Source: Candidatus Nomurabacteria bacterium
Lineage (GTDB): Bacteria; Patescibacteriota; Minisyncoccia; Phycocordibacterales; UBA5272
Assembly (NCBI GenBank): GCA_037134695.1
Contig: JBAXLU010000002.1
Location: 1-60,505 of the forward strand
Direction: 5' to 3'
Length of the DNA: 60,505 nt
The position numbers and the translations under genes are program-made. Below, piece by piece: positions 7,640 through 16,801 of the stretch. The notes under the pieces were generated by a model that searched no databases, was not told the origin of the DNA, and saw only the letters and a program-made list of their open reading frames with translations. Positions within the stretch are counted from its first letter, which is position 1, and each line of letters opens with the position of its first letter.

Positions 7640-9499
7640 ATGAAAAAGATAATTTTCTCTTATGCAGAGAATAGGTATTCTATAGATGTTGCTCTATCTA
7701 TACTTTTGATTTTGGCTTTGTTTGTTCATTATTTTCGTATATTGCCAGAATTAGATAGTGTTATTCTTATAACTTTGGCTTTGCTAGGTGTTTTTCCAGT
7801 TTTTGTAAGTGCTGTTTTTTCTATATTAGAAAAAGAATGGGCTTCTATGGACATGCTGGCATCGATCGCTCTGTTTTTTTCTATTATAAGTAATGAATGG
7901 GCCTCAGCTGTTTTTATAGCACTTATGCTTTCGTCAGCTAGAATTTTGGAAGATATAACAAAGAGTAAAACAAGAAAAAATATTGATGCACTTTTGAAAC
8001 TTCGTCCAGAAAAAGCAAAAGTAAAACAAGACGGTAAAATAGTAGAAATAAGAACAGAAGAGGTAAAAGTTGGTGATATTGTTGTGGTTGATAATGGAGA
8101 TTATATGCCAGTCGATGGCGAGGTGGTTTTAGGTGCCGCATCATTAAATGAGTCTTCTTTAACAGGGGAGTCACTTCCTGTAGGAAAAGAAATTGGTGAT
8201 AAAGTTTCTAGTGGAACTTTTATTTCATCAGGTGGCTTAGAGGTAAAAGCTCTTCATGTTGGCAAAGACACAACGCTAGAAAAAATTATTGCCCTTGTAG
8301 AAAAAGCTGAACTTGAAAAACCAAAGACACAAACTTTGGGAGAAAAGTTTGGGAAAATTTATTTAGCTGTTATGTTTGTGGGTTCTATTTTATTATTTTT
8401 AATTACTAAAAACTTAGCATTGGTCCTGTCTGTTGTGCTTGTGGTGTGTGCAGATGACATAGCTATAGCTATACCGCTTGGCTATCTGCGTGCTATAGGA
8501 TCTGCTGCAAAAATTGGAGTAATTATTAAAGGGGGAAAACATTTGGAGACACTGGGAAATGTAGAGGTTTTTGTTTTTGATAAAACAGGCACCCTAACTA
8601 CAGGGAAATTAAAAGTAACACATGTTTATGCTAGTGAAAAATCAAATGAAGACGAAGTTCTTAAATTGGGGGGAATTGTCTCAGTAAGGTCAAACCACCC
8701 TGTATCTAAATCAATTGCAGAGTTTTCAAAGTTAAAATCTGGAATAGAAATTTATCCAGAAAATGCAACTATTTTTGAGGGTAAGGGAGTAGTAGCAACA
8801 ATAGACAATATCTCTATTGTTTTAGGACGTGATATTTTCTTATCTGAAAAAAATATTTTAATTGAAGAAAATATAAAAAATAAAGCAATAGAATTTGAAA
8901 ATAAAGGTGAGAGTGTTACTTTTATTTCTAAAAATGAAGAAGTCATAGGTTTTTTTGCAGTAGCCGACACAATTAAAAAAGAAGCAAAACAAACAGTGAA
9001 AGAATTATATGATTTAGGAATAAAAAAGATTGTGATGCTTTCAGGGGACAATGAAAGAGTTGTTAGGTCAGTAGCTAATCAGATTGGTATAAAAGAATAT
9101 TATTTTGGTCTTCTTCCAGAAGATAAATTAGAAAAATTAAAAGTTTTAAATAAAAGATATAAACTGGCTATGGTTGGTGACGGGGTAAATGATGCCGCGG
9201 CCCTTTCATTGTCTGATGTAGGTATTGCTATGGGGGCTCTTGGTTCTGATTCTGCTATCGAATCCGCAGAAATTGTTCTCATGAATGATGATGTCTCAGC
9301 AATACCAAAAATAGTAAAATTAGCTAGGAACGTTCATCAGGTTTCTGTACAAGATTTTGGTATTTGGATAGTCACGAATGCTTTTGGCCTAGTTTTGGTA
9401 TTTGCGGGATATATTGGCCCATCAGGTGCGGCTGCTTATAATTTTATTTCTGATTTTTTCCCACTACTTAACTCTTTGCGTGTTAAAGTTGGGAAATAA
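7640..9499 (+). CDS. P-type ATPase (P1B-like architecture, atypical transport motif)
   Basis: FDKTGTLT phosphorylation site, GDGVNDAAAL hinge, TGES actuator motif. No N-terminal CxxC domain. Confidence 0.85.
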   Translation: MKKIIFSYAENRYSIDVALSILLILALFVHYFRILPELDSVILITLALLGVFPVFVSAVFSILEKEWASMDMLASIALFFSIISNEWASAVFIALMLSSARILEDITKSKTRKNIDALLKLRPEKAKVKQDGKIVEIRTEEVKVGDIVVVDNGDYMPVDGEVVLGAASLNESSLTGESLPVGKEIGDKVSSGTFISSGGLEVKALHVGKDTTLEKIIALVEKAELEKPKTQTLGEKFGKIYLAVMFVGSILLFLITKNLALVLSVVLVVCADDIAIAIPLGYLRAIGSAAKIGVIIKGGKHLETLGNVEVFVFDKTGTLTTGKLKVTHVYASEKSNEDEVLKLGGIVSVRSNHPVSKSIAEFSKLKSGIEIYPENATIFEGKGVVATIDNISIVLGRDIFLSEKNILIEENIKNKAIEFENKGESVTFISKNEEVIGFFAVADTIKKEAKQTVKELYDLGIKKIVMLSGDNERVVRSVANQIGIKEYYFGLLPEDKLEKLKVLNKRYKLAMVGDGVNDAAALSLSDVGIAMGALGSDSAIESAEIVLMNDDVSAIPKIVKLARNVHQVSVQDFGIWIVTNAFGLVLVFAGYIGPSGAAAYNFISDFFPLLNSLRVKVGK

Positions 9500-9604
9500 G
9501 TGTAACCTCTTAAGAGAAAGTGGAATAGATTAGAAAGGTAATAAAATAAAGGTTTTTATCTTAGGTGTTGATTTGTATTTACTATAAGTTGCCATCTTTT
9601 AGAC

Positions 9605-10291
9605 GTGATAGATAACTGGTATACTCTCTTGATGGAAGAATTCTTTAATAGACAGTCACTTTTCTGGAAAGATAAGACTATTTTATATCACTTATTAATC
9701 AGTGTTGTTTTGCTAATTGCTTCTTTATTTTTAAATTATTATGCTCGCTCCTATGTAAACAAAAATACATGGGATGTTGCTTCTGATTTGCTTCTAGATA
9801 ATCTACCTGTTTTTAATGTAGCCTTTTTGTTTTTCCAAGGGGCTTTTATTTTTGTACTTATCTTAATAGGTATTTCTTTATTTTACCCTAAACATATTCC
9901 TTTTATTTTAGAGAGCACAGCAGTTTTTTTCTTTGTACGATCATTTTTCATGATTATGACCCATTTATCTGCTCCATCAGTTGAGTATTATAATTATATG
10001 CATCAAGAACATCACATTAAAGAAATTTTGTTTACCATGAGTTCTGGAAATGATTTATTTTTCTCCGCACACACTGGTTATCCATTTCTTTTAGCTTTTA
10101 TATTTTGGCAAAGTAAAAAACTTAGATATTTTTTCTTAGCATGTTCTGTTACTGGTGCCATTGTTGTTATATTGGGACACCTTCATTATTCCATTGATGT
10201 TTTCTCAGCTTTCTTTATTGCTTATGGAATATTTATAATATCAAAAAATCTTTTTAAAAAAGAATACAATTTGATTTCTTTAGAAAGTTAA
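9605..10291 (+). CDS. PAP2-superfamily-like membrane protein (PAP2_C/sphingomyelin-synthase-like)
   Basis: Polytopic, with SAHTGYPF and HYSIDV motifs resembling PAP2 C2/C3. GTG start in the ORF track; an alternative ATG lies at 9632. Confidence 0.5.
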   Translation: MIDNWYTLLMEEFFNRQSLFWKDKTILYHLLISVVLLIASLFLNYYARSYVNKNTWDVASDLLLDNLPVFNVAFLFFQGAFIFVLILIGISLFYPKHIPFILESTAVFFFVRSFFMIMTHLSAPSVEYYNYMHQEHHIKEILFTMSSGNDLFFSAHTGYPFLLAFIFWQSKKLRYFFLACSVTGAIVVILGHLHYSIDVFSAFFIAYGIFIISKNLFKKEYNLISLES

Positions 10292-10292
10292 A

Positions 10293-10871
10293 ATGGAAAA
10301 TATCTTATTATTAATTTCAACATATAGTATTTATATACTATTACCTTTGATGATTGTTGAGGGGCCAATTGTAACTATTATAGCCTCCTTTTTAATTTCA
10401 TCTGGAGTATTACCAGTCAGTATTATTCTTATTTATATATTGGCATTATTAGGTAATATTTTGGGGGATATTAATTATTATGCGATTGGAAGATTTGGAA
10501 GAGAGAAGTTTATAAAAAAATATGGGAAATATATAGGGTTACATGAAGAAAGAGTAGAGTATATTGAAAATCATTATAAGAATAATTTACTTAAAACTTT
10601 TCTTTTTGCAAAAGTAACAGAAGCACCAATAATACCGACACTGGTAGCTGCTGGTATTGCCCGAGTTGATTTTAAGAAATTCTTAGGATTATCAGCCACT
10701 GTTGAGACTTTTAAAGTTTTGATAATCGTTATTATTGGGTATTATTTTGGTAGATTTTATGTGATAATCAATTCTTATTTTAAGAACACTGTCTTTGCTA
10801 TGGGTGTCACATTAATAATTTTAATTTTATTATTTGTTGCATATAAAAATCTTAAAAGAAAAGATTTATGA
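10293..10871 (+). CDS. DedA/VTT-domain membrane protein
   Basis: GNILGDINYYAIGRFGRE motif and topology typical of DedA. Confidence 0.7.
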   Translation: MENILLLISTYSIYILLPLMIVEGPIVTIIASFLISSGVLPVSIILIYILALLGNILGDINYYAIGRFGREKFIKKYGKYIGLHEERVEYIENHYKNNLLKTFLFAKVTEAPIIPTLVAAGIARVDFKKFLGLSATVETFKVLIIVIIGYYFGRFYVIINSYFKNTVFAMGVTLIILILLFVAYKNLKRKDL

Positions 10872-11551
10872 AAAAAATTTCCTGTATCATACCAGCACAC
10901 AATGAAGAAGCTGGAATAGAACAAACACTAAAAGTGCTTAGCGGCCTTATTGGTAAAAATATTTTTGAAGTCATAGTTGTTGACGATGCATCTGTAGATG
11001 CGACTAAAGAAATTATTAAGAAATTTCCAAACGTTAGGTTGGTAGAACATGATATAAATAAAGGAAAGAGTAAAAGTGTTGCTGATGGTATAATCGTGTC
11101 ATCTGGGGAATATGTTTTTTTATTGGATGCTGATTTAAAGTTTTTAAGTGAGAAAAATATTTTTGATTTAATAGATCCAATAGAAAATGAAAAAGCTGAT
11201 GTTTCTATGAGTTATATAAAAAATGCGTGGCCGCTTTTCCCATTTAAAAAAATAGATTATTTGTCTGGGCAAAGAATTTTACCAAAAGACAAAGTTATTA
11301 ATATGTTAGAGGATATGGGGAAATTACCCAGCTATGGTCTGGAAGTTTTTTTAAACAGAATAATTATTAAAAATAAAATGAGATTAGCAGTTGTTCATTG
11401 GTCAGAGGTTGAGAATATTTTTAATCAAGAAAAATATGGATTAATAAAAGGTCTACAAATAGTACTCAAGGTATGGATGAACGTCATTTCTACTGTTGGT
11501 ATTTTGGGAATGTATTATCAGAATATAAAAATGAGAAATCTTTTAATTTAA
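10868..11551 (+). CDS. Glycosyltransferase family 2
   Basis: SCIIPAHNEE...VVDDASVDAT...LLDADL (GT-A DxD) pattern. Confidence 0.8.
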   Translation: MKKISCIIPAHNEEAGIEQTLKVLSGLIGKNIFEVIVVDDASVDATKEIIKKFPNVRLVEHDINKGKSKSVADGIIVSSGEYVFLLDADLKFLSEKNIFDLIDPIENEKADVSMSYIKNAWPLFPFKKIDYLSGQRILPKDKVINMLEDMGKLPSYGLEVFLNRIIIKNKMRLAVVHWSEVENIFNQEKYGLIKGLQIVLKVWMNVISTVGILGMYYQNIKMRNLLI

Positions 11552-11559
11552 TAAAATAT

Positions 11560-12300
11560 ATGAAATTAAGCTTTGTTATTCCAGCATACAATGAAGAGAA
11601 AATTTTAGGGGATTGTTTGGATTCCGTGTTCAAGGAACTTAATCATGGAAATTATGATGCAGAAGTTATTGTTGTAAACAATAAAAGTACTGATCATACT
11701 AAGGAAGTAGCGCTAGCTTTCCCTCTGGTTAAAGTAGTTGATGAAAACAACAAAGGTTTAGTTTTTGCCCGTCGGGCAGGTTTTATGGCTTCGTCCGGTG
11801 ATATTATTGCGAATGTCGATGCTGATACTATTTTAACTAAAGGATGGGTAGAAACTGTTTTTAAGGAATTTGGAAAAGATGGAAAATTAGTTGCATTAAG
11901 TGGGCCTTTTATTTACTACGACCTTAATTTTGTTACTCGAGCTATGGTTAAAGTGTTTTATTTTTTTGGATATATTTTTTATGCAATAAATCATTTTATT
12001 TTTAATAAAGGAGCAATGCTTCAAGGGGGAAATTTTATTGTTAAAAGAGATGCTTTAATTAAAATAGGTGGATTTGATACGACCATTGAATTTTATGGTG
12101 AGGATACAGATATTGCTAAAAGAATAAGTAAAGCTGGGAAAGTTTTGTGGACATTTCGTTTACCTATGTATACTTCAGGTCGTCGCCTAAAAGAAGAGGG
12201 TGTAATTATGACTGGTTTAAGATATGCAATTAACTTTTTTTGGATTTCTGTATTAAGTAAGCCTTTTACAAAAAAACATACAGACATAAGACTGGGATAG
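11560..12300 (+). CDS. Glycosyltransferase family 2
   Basis: SFVIPAYNEE...VVNNKSTDHT...NVDADT. Start moved to the ATG at 11560 because the track ORF's 5' extension overlaps the upstream gene. Confidence 0.8.
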   Translation: MKLSFVIPAYNEEKILGDCLDSVFKELNHGNYDAEVIVVNNKSTDHTKEVALAFPLVKVVDENNKGLVFARRAGFMASSGDIIANVDADTILTKGWVETVFKEFGKDGKLVALSGPFIYYDLNFVTRAMVKVFYFFGYIFYAINHFIFNKGAMLQGGNFIVKRDALIKIGGFDTTIEFYGEDTDIAKRISKAGKVLWTFRLPMYTSGRRLKEEGVIMTGLRYAINFFWISVLSKPFTKKHTDIRLG

Positions 12301-12330
12301 GAGACAGCCTACAGTTAACATCTTACAGAG

Positions 12331-12363
12331 ATACAAGGTGGCCACGAAGTGGCCACCTTGTAT
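12331..12363 (+). terminator. Intrinsic terminator (15-bp stem)
   Basis: ATACAAGGTGGCCAC-gaa-GTGGCCACCTTGTAT. A near-twin of the terminator at 32675-32709. Confidence 0.7.
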
Positions 12364-12428
12364 ATATTCGTATTTTCTAATGTCTACTATCTGTTGTCTA
12401 TCAACTATCCCTGCTATACTAGCAAAAT

Positions 12429-13697
12429 ATGAATCACATTATCTCTAATTTTGACAGTATTGCTACAAATAAATTAAGAATAGATGCTTTATCAATTATT
12501 GAAAAAGGGAGTCTAGCAATAGATACAAATTTGTTAGTAAAGAGAAATATTTCTCTGGAAAATGAAACACTTTCTGTACATGGGCATAAATATAAATTAG
12601 CAGATTTTAGTAGAATTTTTGTTTTTGGTTGCGGAAAGGCGTCATGTAAAGCAGTACAAGAAATAGAAAGTATTTTAGGAAATAAAGTAGCAGGTGGAAT
12701 AGTTATAGATAAACATATAACTGAATGTAATTATGTAAAAGCATATAAAGGATCACACCCACTACCGACTTCTTATAATGTTGAAATATCAGAAAAAATA
12801 AGAGATCTAGCCTCAAGTTTAAATGAAAAAGATTTAGCTATAGTCGTTGTTTCAGGTGGAGGTTCTTCACTTTTATGCCTACCACAGTCTGAATGTGATC
12901 AGGGTAATGAATTATATTCTAATTTTCTAAAATCTGGTGGAAACATAAAAGAGTTAAATATTTTACGTAAACATATTTCAACAATTAAAGCAGGAGGCCT
13001 CGCTAAATTTTTATATCCAGCTACTGTTGTGAGCTTAGTTTTTTGTGATGTTCCAGGGGATCATTTTGGAGAAGTTGCATCAGGTCCTACTTATCTAGAT
13101 CGTTCAACTGTTGCTGACGCAGAAAAAATACTTGATAAACATAGTATAAAAAATGTTTTTAGATTAAATGAAACACCAAAAGAAGAAAAGTATTTTGAAA
13201 AGGTACAAAACATTCCTCTTGTCTCAAATAAGGAAGCATTGCGTGCAATGGAATTGGAAGCAAAAGAAAGAGGCTATGAAGTTATAATTTTAGGAGATGA
13301 AATATATGACACACCAGAAGTATATCTAAAAAATGCTTATGCTAAATTAAAAAGTAAAAGTGTGGTTTTAGCTGGTGGTGAGCTTTCTATAGCCCTTAAA
13401 AAAGAAGGTGGTATAGGAGGAAGAAATCTTTATACGGCGGCAGAAGCATTAGATCTGATTTCAGAAAATGAATTATTTATTGCATATGCAACAGACGGAA
13501 TAGATAATAAGTCAATTTATGCTGGTGGTATTGTTGATTCTGAAACTAAGAATAAAATACATTCTAGAAATTTAGATGTAAAAAAATTACACGAAGAAAA
13601 TAAAGATAGTGAGCTTTTTGAAGAGATTGGCGAGGCTATAGTTACGGGCGATACAGGAAGTAATGTTTCTGATATCTATTTAATGATGAGAAGTTAA
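12429..13697 (+). CDS. Glycerate 2-kinase (MOFRL/DUF4147 family)
   Basis: GCGKAS, GSHPLP, VVSGGGSSLL and LRKHISTIKAGGLA motifs. Confidence 0.8.
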   Translation: MNHIISNFDSIATNKLRIDALSIIEKGSLAIDTNLLVKRNISLENETLSVHGHKYKLADFSRIFVFGCGKASCKAVQEIESILGNKVAGGIVIDKHITECNYVKAYKGSHPLPTSYNVEISEKIRDLASSLNEKDLAIVVVSGGGSSLLCLPQSECDQGNELYSNFLKSGGNIKELNILRKHISTIKAGGLAKFLYPATVVSLVFCDVPGDHFGEVASGPTYLDRSTVADAEKILDKHSIKNVFRLNETPKEEKYFEKVQNIPLVSNKEALRAMELEAKERGYEVIILGDEIYDTPEVYLKNAYAKLKSKSVVLAGGELSIALKKEGGIGGRNLYTAAEALDLISENELFIAYATDGIDNKSIYAGGIVDSETKNKIHSRNLDVKKLHEENKDSELFEEIGEAIVTGDTGSNVSDIYLMMRS

Positions 13698-13707
13698 TTA
13701 AAAATAT

Positions 13708-14931
13708 ATGAATGTAATAAAAAGTATTAATGCAGAAATAATTAATGACTCAAGAAATGTTCCAACCCTCTCCGTTTCTGTTACCACAGACTCAGGTTTT
13801 ATAGGTGTTTGTATGGTTCCGTCCGGTGCTAGTACTGGCAAATATGAGGCTTTTGAATTACGTGATGATGGTACAAGTAAGGGGAATGTTAGTAAAGCAC
13901 AGGAGATTGTTAATACTAAAATTAATGATACTCTTGTTGATTTCGACATTTCTAAACAAAGAGAAATTGATAATTTACTTATAAAATTAGACGGAACAGA
14001 GAATAAATCAAATTTAGGTGGTAATAGTATTTTGGGTGTAAGTATTGCGGTTGCTAAGGCTGCAGCAAAAGCTTCCGGCCGAGAGTTTTATGAATATATG
14101 CAAACTTTAGCAGATGTTACTCCCTCAACAAATTCTCCAAAATTATATTTTAATTTAATAAATGGAGGAAAACATGCAAACACACAACTAGCTTTTCAGG
14201 AATATCATTTAGTTCCACAAGTAGAAAGTATTAAAGAGTCATTAGATATAGCGCAAAAAGTACAAGACGCGCTAGGTGTGATTGTTTTAGAAAAATATGG
14301 GGAGGTATCACGTGGAGATGAAGGTGGTTATGCTGTTCCTACAGAAAATATACGTGAGCCACTAGAACTTTTATCTCAAGCAGTAGAAGTCTGTGGTGTT
14401 ACAGAGAAAGTTAGCTTTGCTATTGATGTAGCTTCGTCATCTTTTTATAATGAAGAAACTAAATTGTATAAAATAGGGGAGGAAAATCATACAAAAGAAG
14501 AATTATATGACACATATTTATCTCTTGTAGAATCTTTCCCAATTATTTCTATAGAAGATCCTTTTCACGAAGAAGATTTTGAAGGCTTTGCTAAACTTCA
14601 ATCCTCCATTCCTTCAATTATTGTTGTGGGAGACGATTTAACTGTAACCAATGTAAAGAGAGTAGAAAAAGCAATTGAAATGAAAAGCATCACTGGAATG
14701 ATAATAAAACCAAATCAAATTGGGACACTTTCAGAAACAATAGACACAATTACTTTTGCACAAAAAAATGGAATTAAATGTATTGTCAGTCACAGAAGTG
14801 GTGAAACCATGGATGATATGATTGCTGACATAACAATGGCATTTAAAACTTTCGGTATAAAGTCCGGAGCACGCGGGCCTCTGGTTCGTGAAGTGAAGTA
14901 TCAAAGATTGTGCGATATAGAAAAAGATTAA
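13708..14931 (+). CDS. eno: Enolase
   Basis: SRNVPTL...VPSGASTG..EA.ELRD..., SHRSGET and full-length similarity to enolase. Confidence 0.95.
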   Translation: MNVIKSINAEIINDSRNVPTLSVSVTTDSGFIGVCMVPSGASTGKYEAFELRDDGTSKGNVSKAQEIVNTKINDTLVDFDISKQREIDNLLIKLDGTENKSNLGGNSILGVSIAVAKAAAKASGREFYEYMQTLADVTPSTNSPKLYFNLINGGKHANTQLAFQEYHLVPQVESIKESLDIAQKVQDALGVIVLEKYGEVSRGDEGGYAVPTENIREPLELLSQAVEVCGVTEKVSFAIDVASSSFYNEETKLYKIGEENHTKEELYDTYLSLVESFPIISIEDPFHEEDFEGFAKLQSSIPSIIVVGDDLTVTNVKRVEKAIEMKSITGMIIKPNQIGTLSETIDTITFAQKNGIKCIVSHRSGETMDDMIADITMAFKTFGIKSGARGPLVREVKYQRLCDIEKD

Positions 14932-14995
14932 TAAATTAATTGGGATACGGTCGCGCCTTAAAGGAAGGTTGCGCGACACGATTCCGCAGAATCGT

Positions 14996-15772
14996 ATGGA
15001 AAGAAAAACAAACATCATAGCAACAATAGGCCCGTCTACAAATAAAAAAGAAATTCTTTTACAAATGGCACCATATATAGATATGGTTAGATTAAATTTT
15101 TCATGGGGAACACATGAGGGAATGAGTGAAATAATTTCTTTAATTAGAGAAGTCAGTGATATAACTGGTAAAAAAATTAAAATAATTCAAGATTTATCCG
15201 GTCCCCGTACTCAAGAAAAAGATGGACATCATTTTACTGATGGGGCAGTGGAGATTATTACAGAAAAAGATTTAAATGATTTAATTTTTGGTGTTTCAAA
15301 GAAAGTTGATTATATAGCAATGTCTTATGTTGGTACGGCAGAGGATATTAAAGATCTTCGTTCACATATATCCATTCTAGGTGCAAGTATTCCTGTTATT
15401 GCAAAAATAGAACGTAAAATTGCTGTAGAAAATATTGAATCTATAATAGACGAATCAGATGCCATAATGATTGCTAGAGGTGATTTAGGTGTAGCTTATC
15501 CAATAGAAGAAATACCTTTTATTGAAAGAAAAATACTTTCATCTTGTAACAAGAAAAATAAATTTGTGATTGTTGCAACAGAAATGTTGCTTTCAATGGT
15601 AAAAAAAGATAGACCAACTAGAGCTGAAGTAACGGATGTTGCTTTTGCTGTAACAGGTGGTGCGAGTGCTGTGATGTTATCTGAGGAAACTACCGAAGGT
15701 GATTATCCGGTTGAGACTGTGGAGATATTAGATAAAATAATTAGAAACGCAGAGGCTCATAAGGTCCTGTAA
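14996..15772 (+). CDS. pyk: Minimal pyruvate kinase (A-domain barrel only)
   Basis: TNIIATIGPS, RLNFSWG, IAKIE, MIARGDLG, PTRAEVTDVA and MLSEET motifs. About 258 aa, with the B-domain and C-domain missing. Confidence 0.75.
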   Translation: MERKTNIIATIGPSTNKKEILLQMAPYIDMVRLNFSWGTHEGMSEIISLIREVSDITGKKIKIIQDLSGPRTQEKDGHHFTDGAVEIITEKDLNDLIFGVSKKVDYIAMSYVGTAEDIKDLRSHISILGASIPVIAKIERKIAVENIESIIDESDAIMIARGDLGVAYPIEEIPFIERKILSSCNKKNKFVIVATEMLLSMVKKDRPTRAEVTDVAFAVTGGASAVMLSEETTEGDYPVETVEILDKIIRNAEAHKVL

Positions 15773-15783
15773 TAATAAAAAAT

Positions 15784-16755
15784 ATGTCAAAATTAATTTA
15801 TATCACACGAAGTATTGGAGATGAAGGAATTCAAATATTAAAAGATAATGGTTATACAGTAGATGTTGGTATTACAGAAGACGCACCATTTAAAGATGAT
15901 TTAATAAAAACTCTTTCACAAAAACCTTATGATGCCCTAGTATCTTTTTTGACTGACCATATTGATAAAGATATTTTCGATGCATGTCCTTCTATAAAAA
16001 TAGTTGCTAATTATGCGGTTGGTTTTAATAATATTAATTTAGAAGATGCAAAAGAGTGTGGGATTATTATAACGAACACTCCAGGTTGTTCGTCTCGCGC
16101 TGTGGCTGAGCATGCGGTTGCCCTTATTCTTTCATTGACAACAAGAGCAACTGAGGGGGATGAATATATTAGGTCTGGTAAATTTACAGGTTGGTCGCCA
16201 ACACTTTTAAATGGGGTTGATTTATCAGGAAAGACAATTGGAATTTTAGGAGGTGGAGCAATTGGTCAAGAGGTTGCATCTATTCTGCATTTTGGTTTTA
16301 ACTGTCCAATTGTTTATTCTGATATTAAAGAGAATGAATTTTTTAAAGAAAATTTAAAGGCTACATTTACTGATAAGGAGACTTTACTTAAAACAAGCGA
16401 CATAGTATCACTACATGTTCCGTTACTTCCAACAACTAAGCATTTAATAAATAAGGAATCTTTAGGTTTGATGAAAAAAGAAGCATTTTTGATAAATACT
16501 TCTCGTGGTCCGGTTATTGATGAGGTTGCATTAGTAGAAGCTCTTAAAAATGGAATTATAAAAGGTGCAGGGCTTGATGTTTTTGAGTTTGAACCAGCAA
16601 TTACAGAAGGTTTAGAAGATATTCCAGACGTTGTTCTTACTCCACACATTGCCTCGTCACGCGCAAGTGTTCGTGCTGAAATGGCAAAAATGGTAGCACA
16701 AAACGTGATATCTTTTTTCGAAAAAGGAGAAGCTGTAAACCCGGTAAATGGTTAA
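15784..16755 (+). CDS. D-2-hydroxyacid dehydrogenase (glycerate dehydrogenase/hydroxypyruvate reductase-like)
   Basis: GILGGGAIGQEVA NAD-binding motif and the SRG...D...TPH catalytic pattern. Confidence 0.85.
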   Translation: MSKLIYITRSIGDEGIQILKDNGYTVDVGITEDAPFKDDLIKTLSQKPYDALVSFLTDHIDKDIFDACPSIKIVANYAVGFNNINLEDAKECGIIITNTPGCSSRAVAEHAVALILSLTTRATEGDEYIRSGKFTGWSPTLLNGVDLSGKTIGILGGGAIGQEVASILHFGFNCPIVYSDIKENEFFKENLKATFTDKETLLKTSDIVSLHVPLLPTTKHLINKESLGLMKKEAFLINTSRGPVIDEVALVEALKNGIIKGAGLDVFEFEPAITEGLEDIPDVVLTPHIASSRASVRAEMAKMVAQNVISFFEKGEAVNPVNG

Positions 16756-16801
16756 TAATTTCTAATTTAGTATTTGTGCTATAATACAGCCATATTTAAA
16801 C

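Noticed and set aside
11473-11559. 5' extension of the second GT2 ORF overlapping the first GT2 gene
   Set aside because: The canonical GT2 N-terminus (MKLSFVIPAYNEE) starts at ATG 11560, just after the upstream stop. The extension is an out-of-frame read of the preceding gene.
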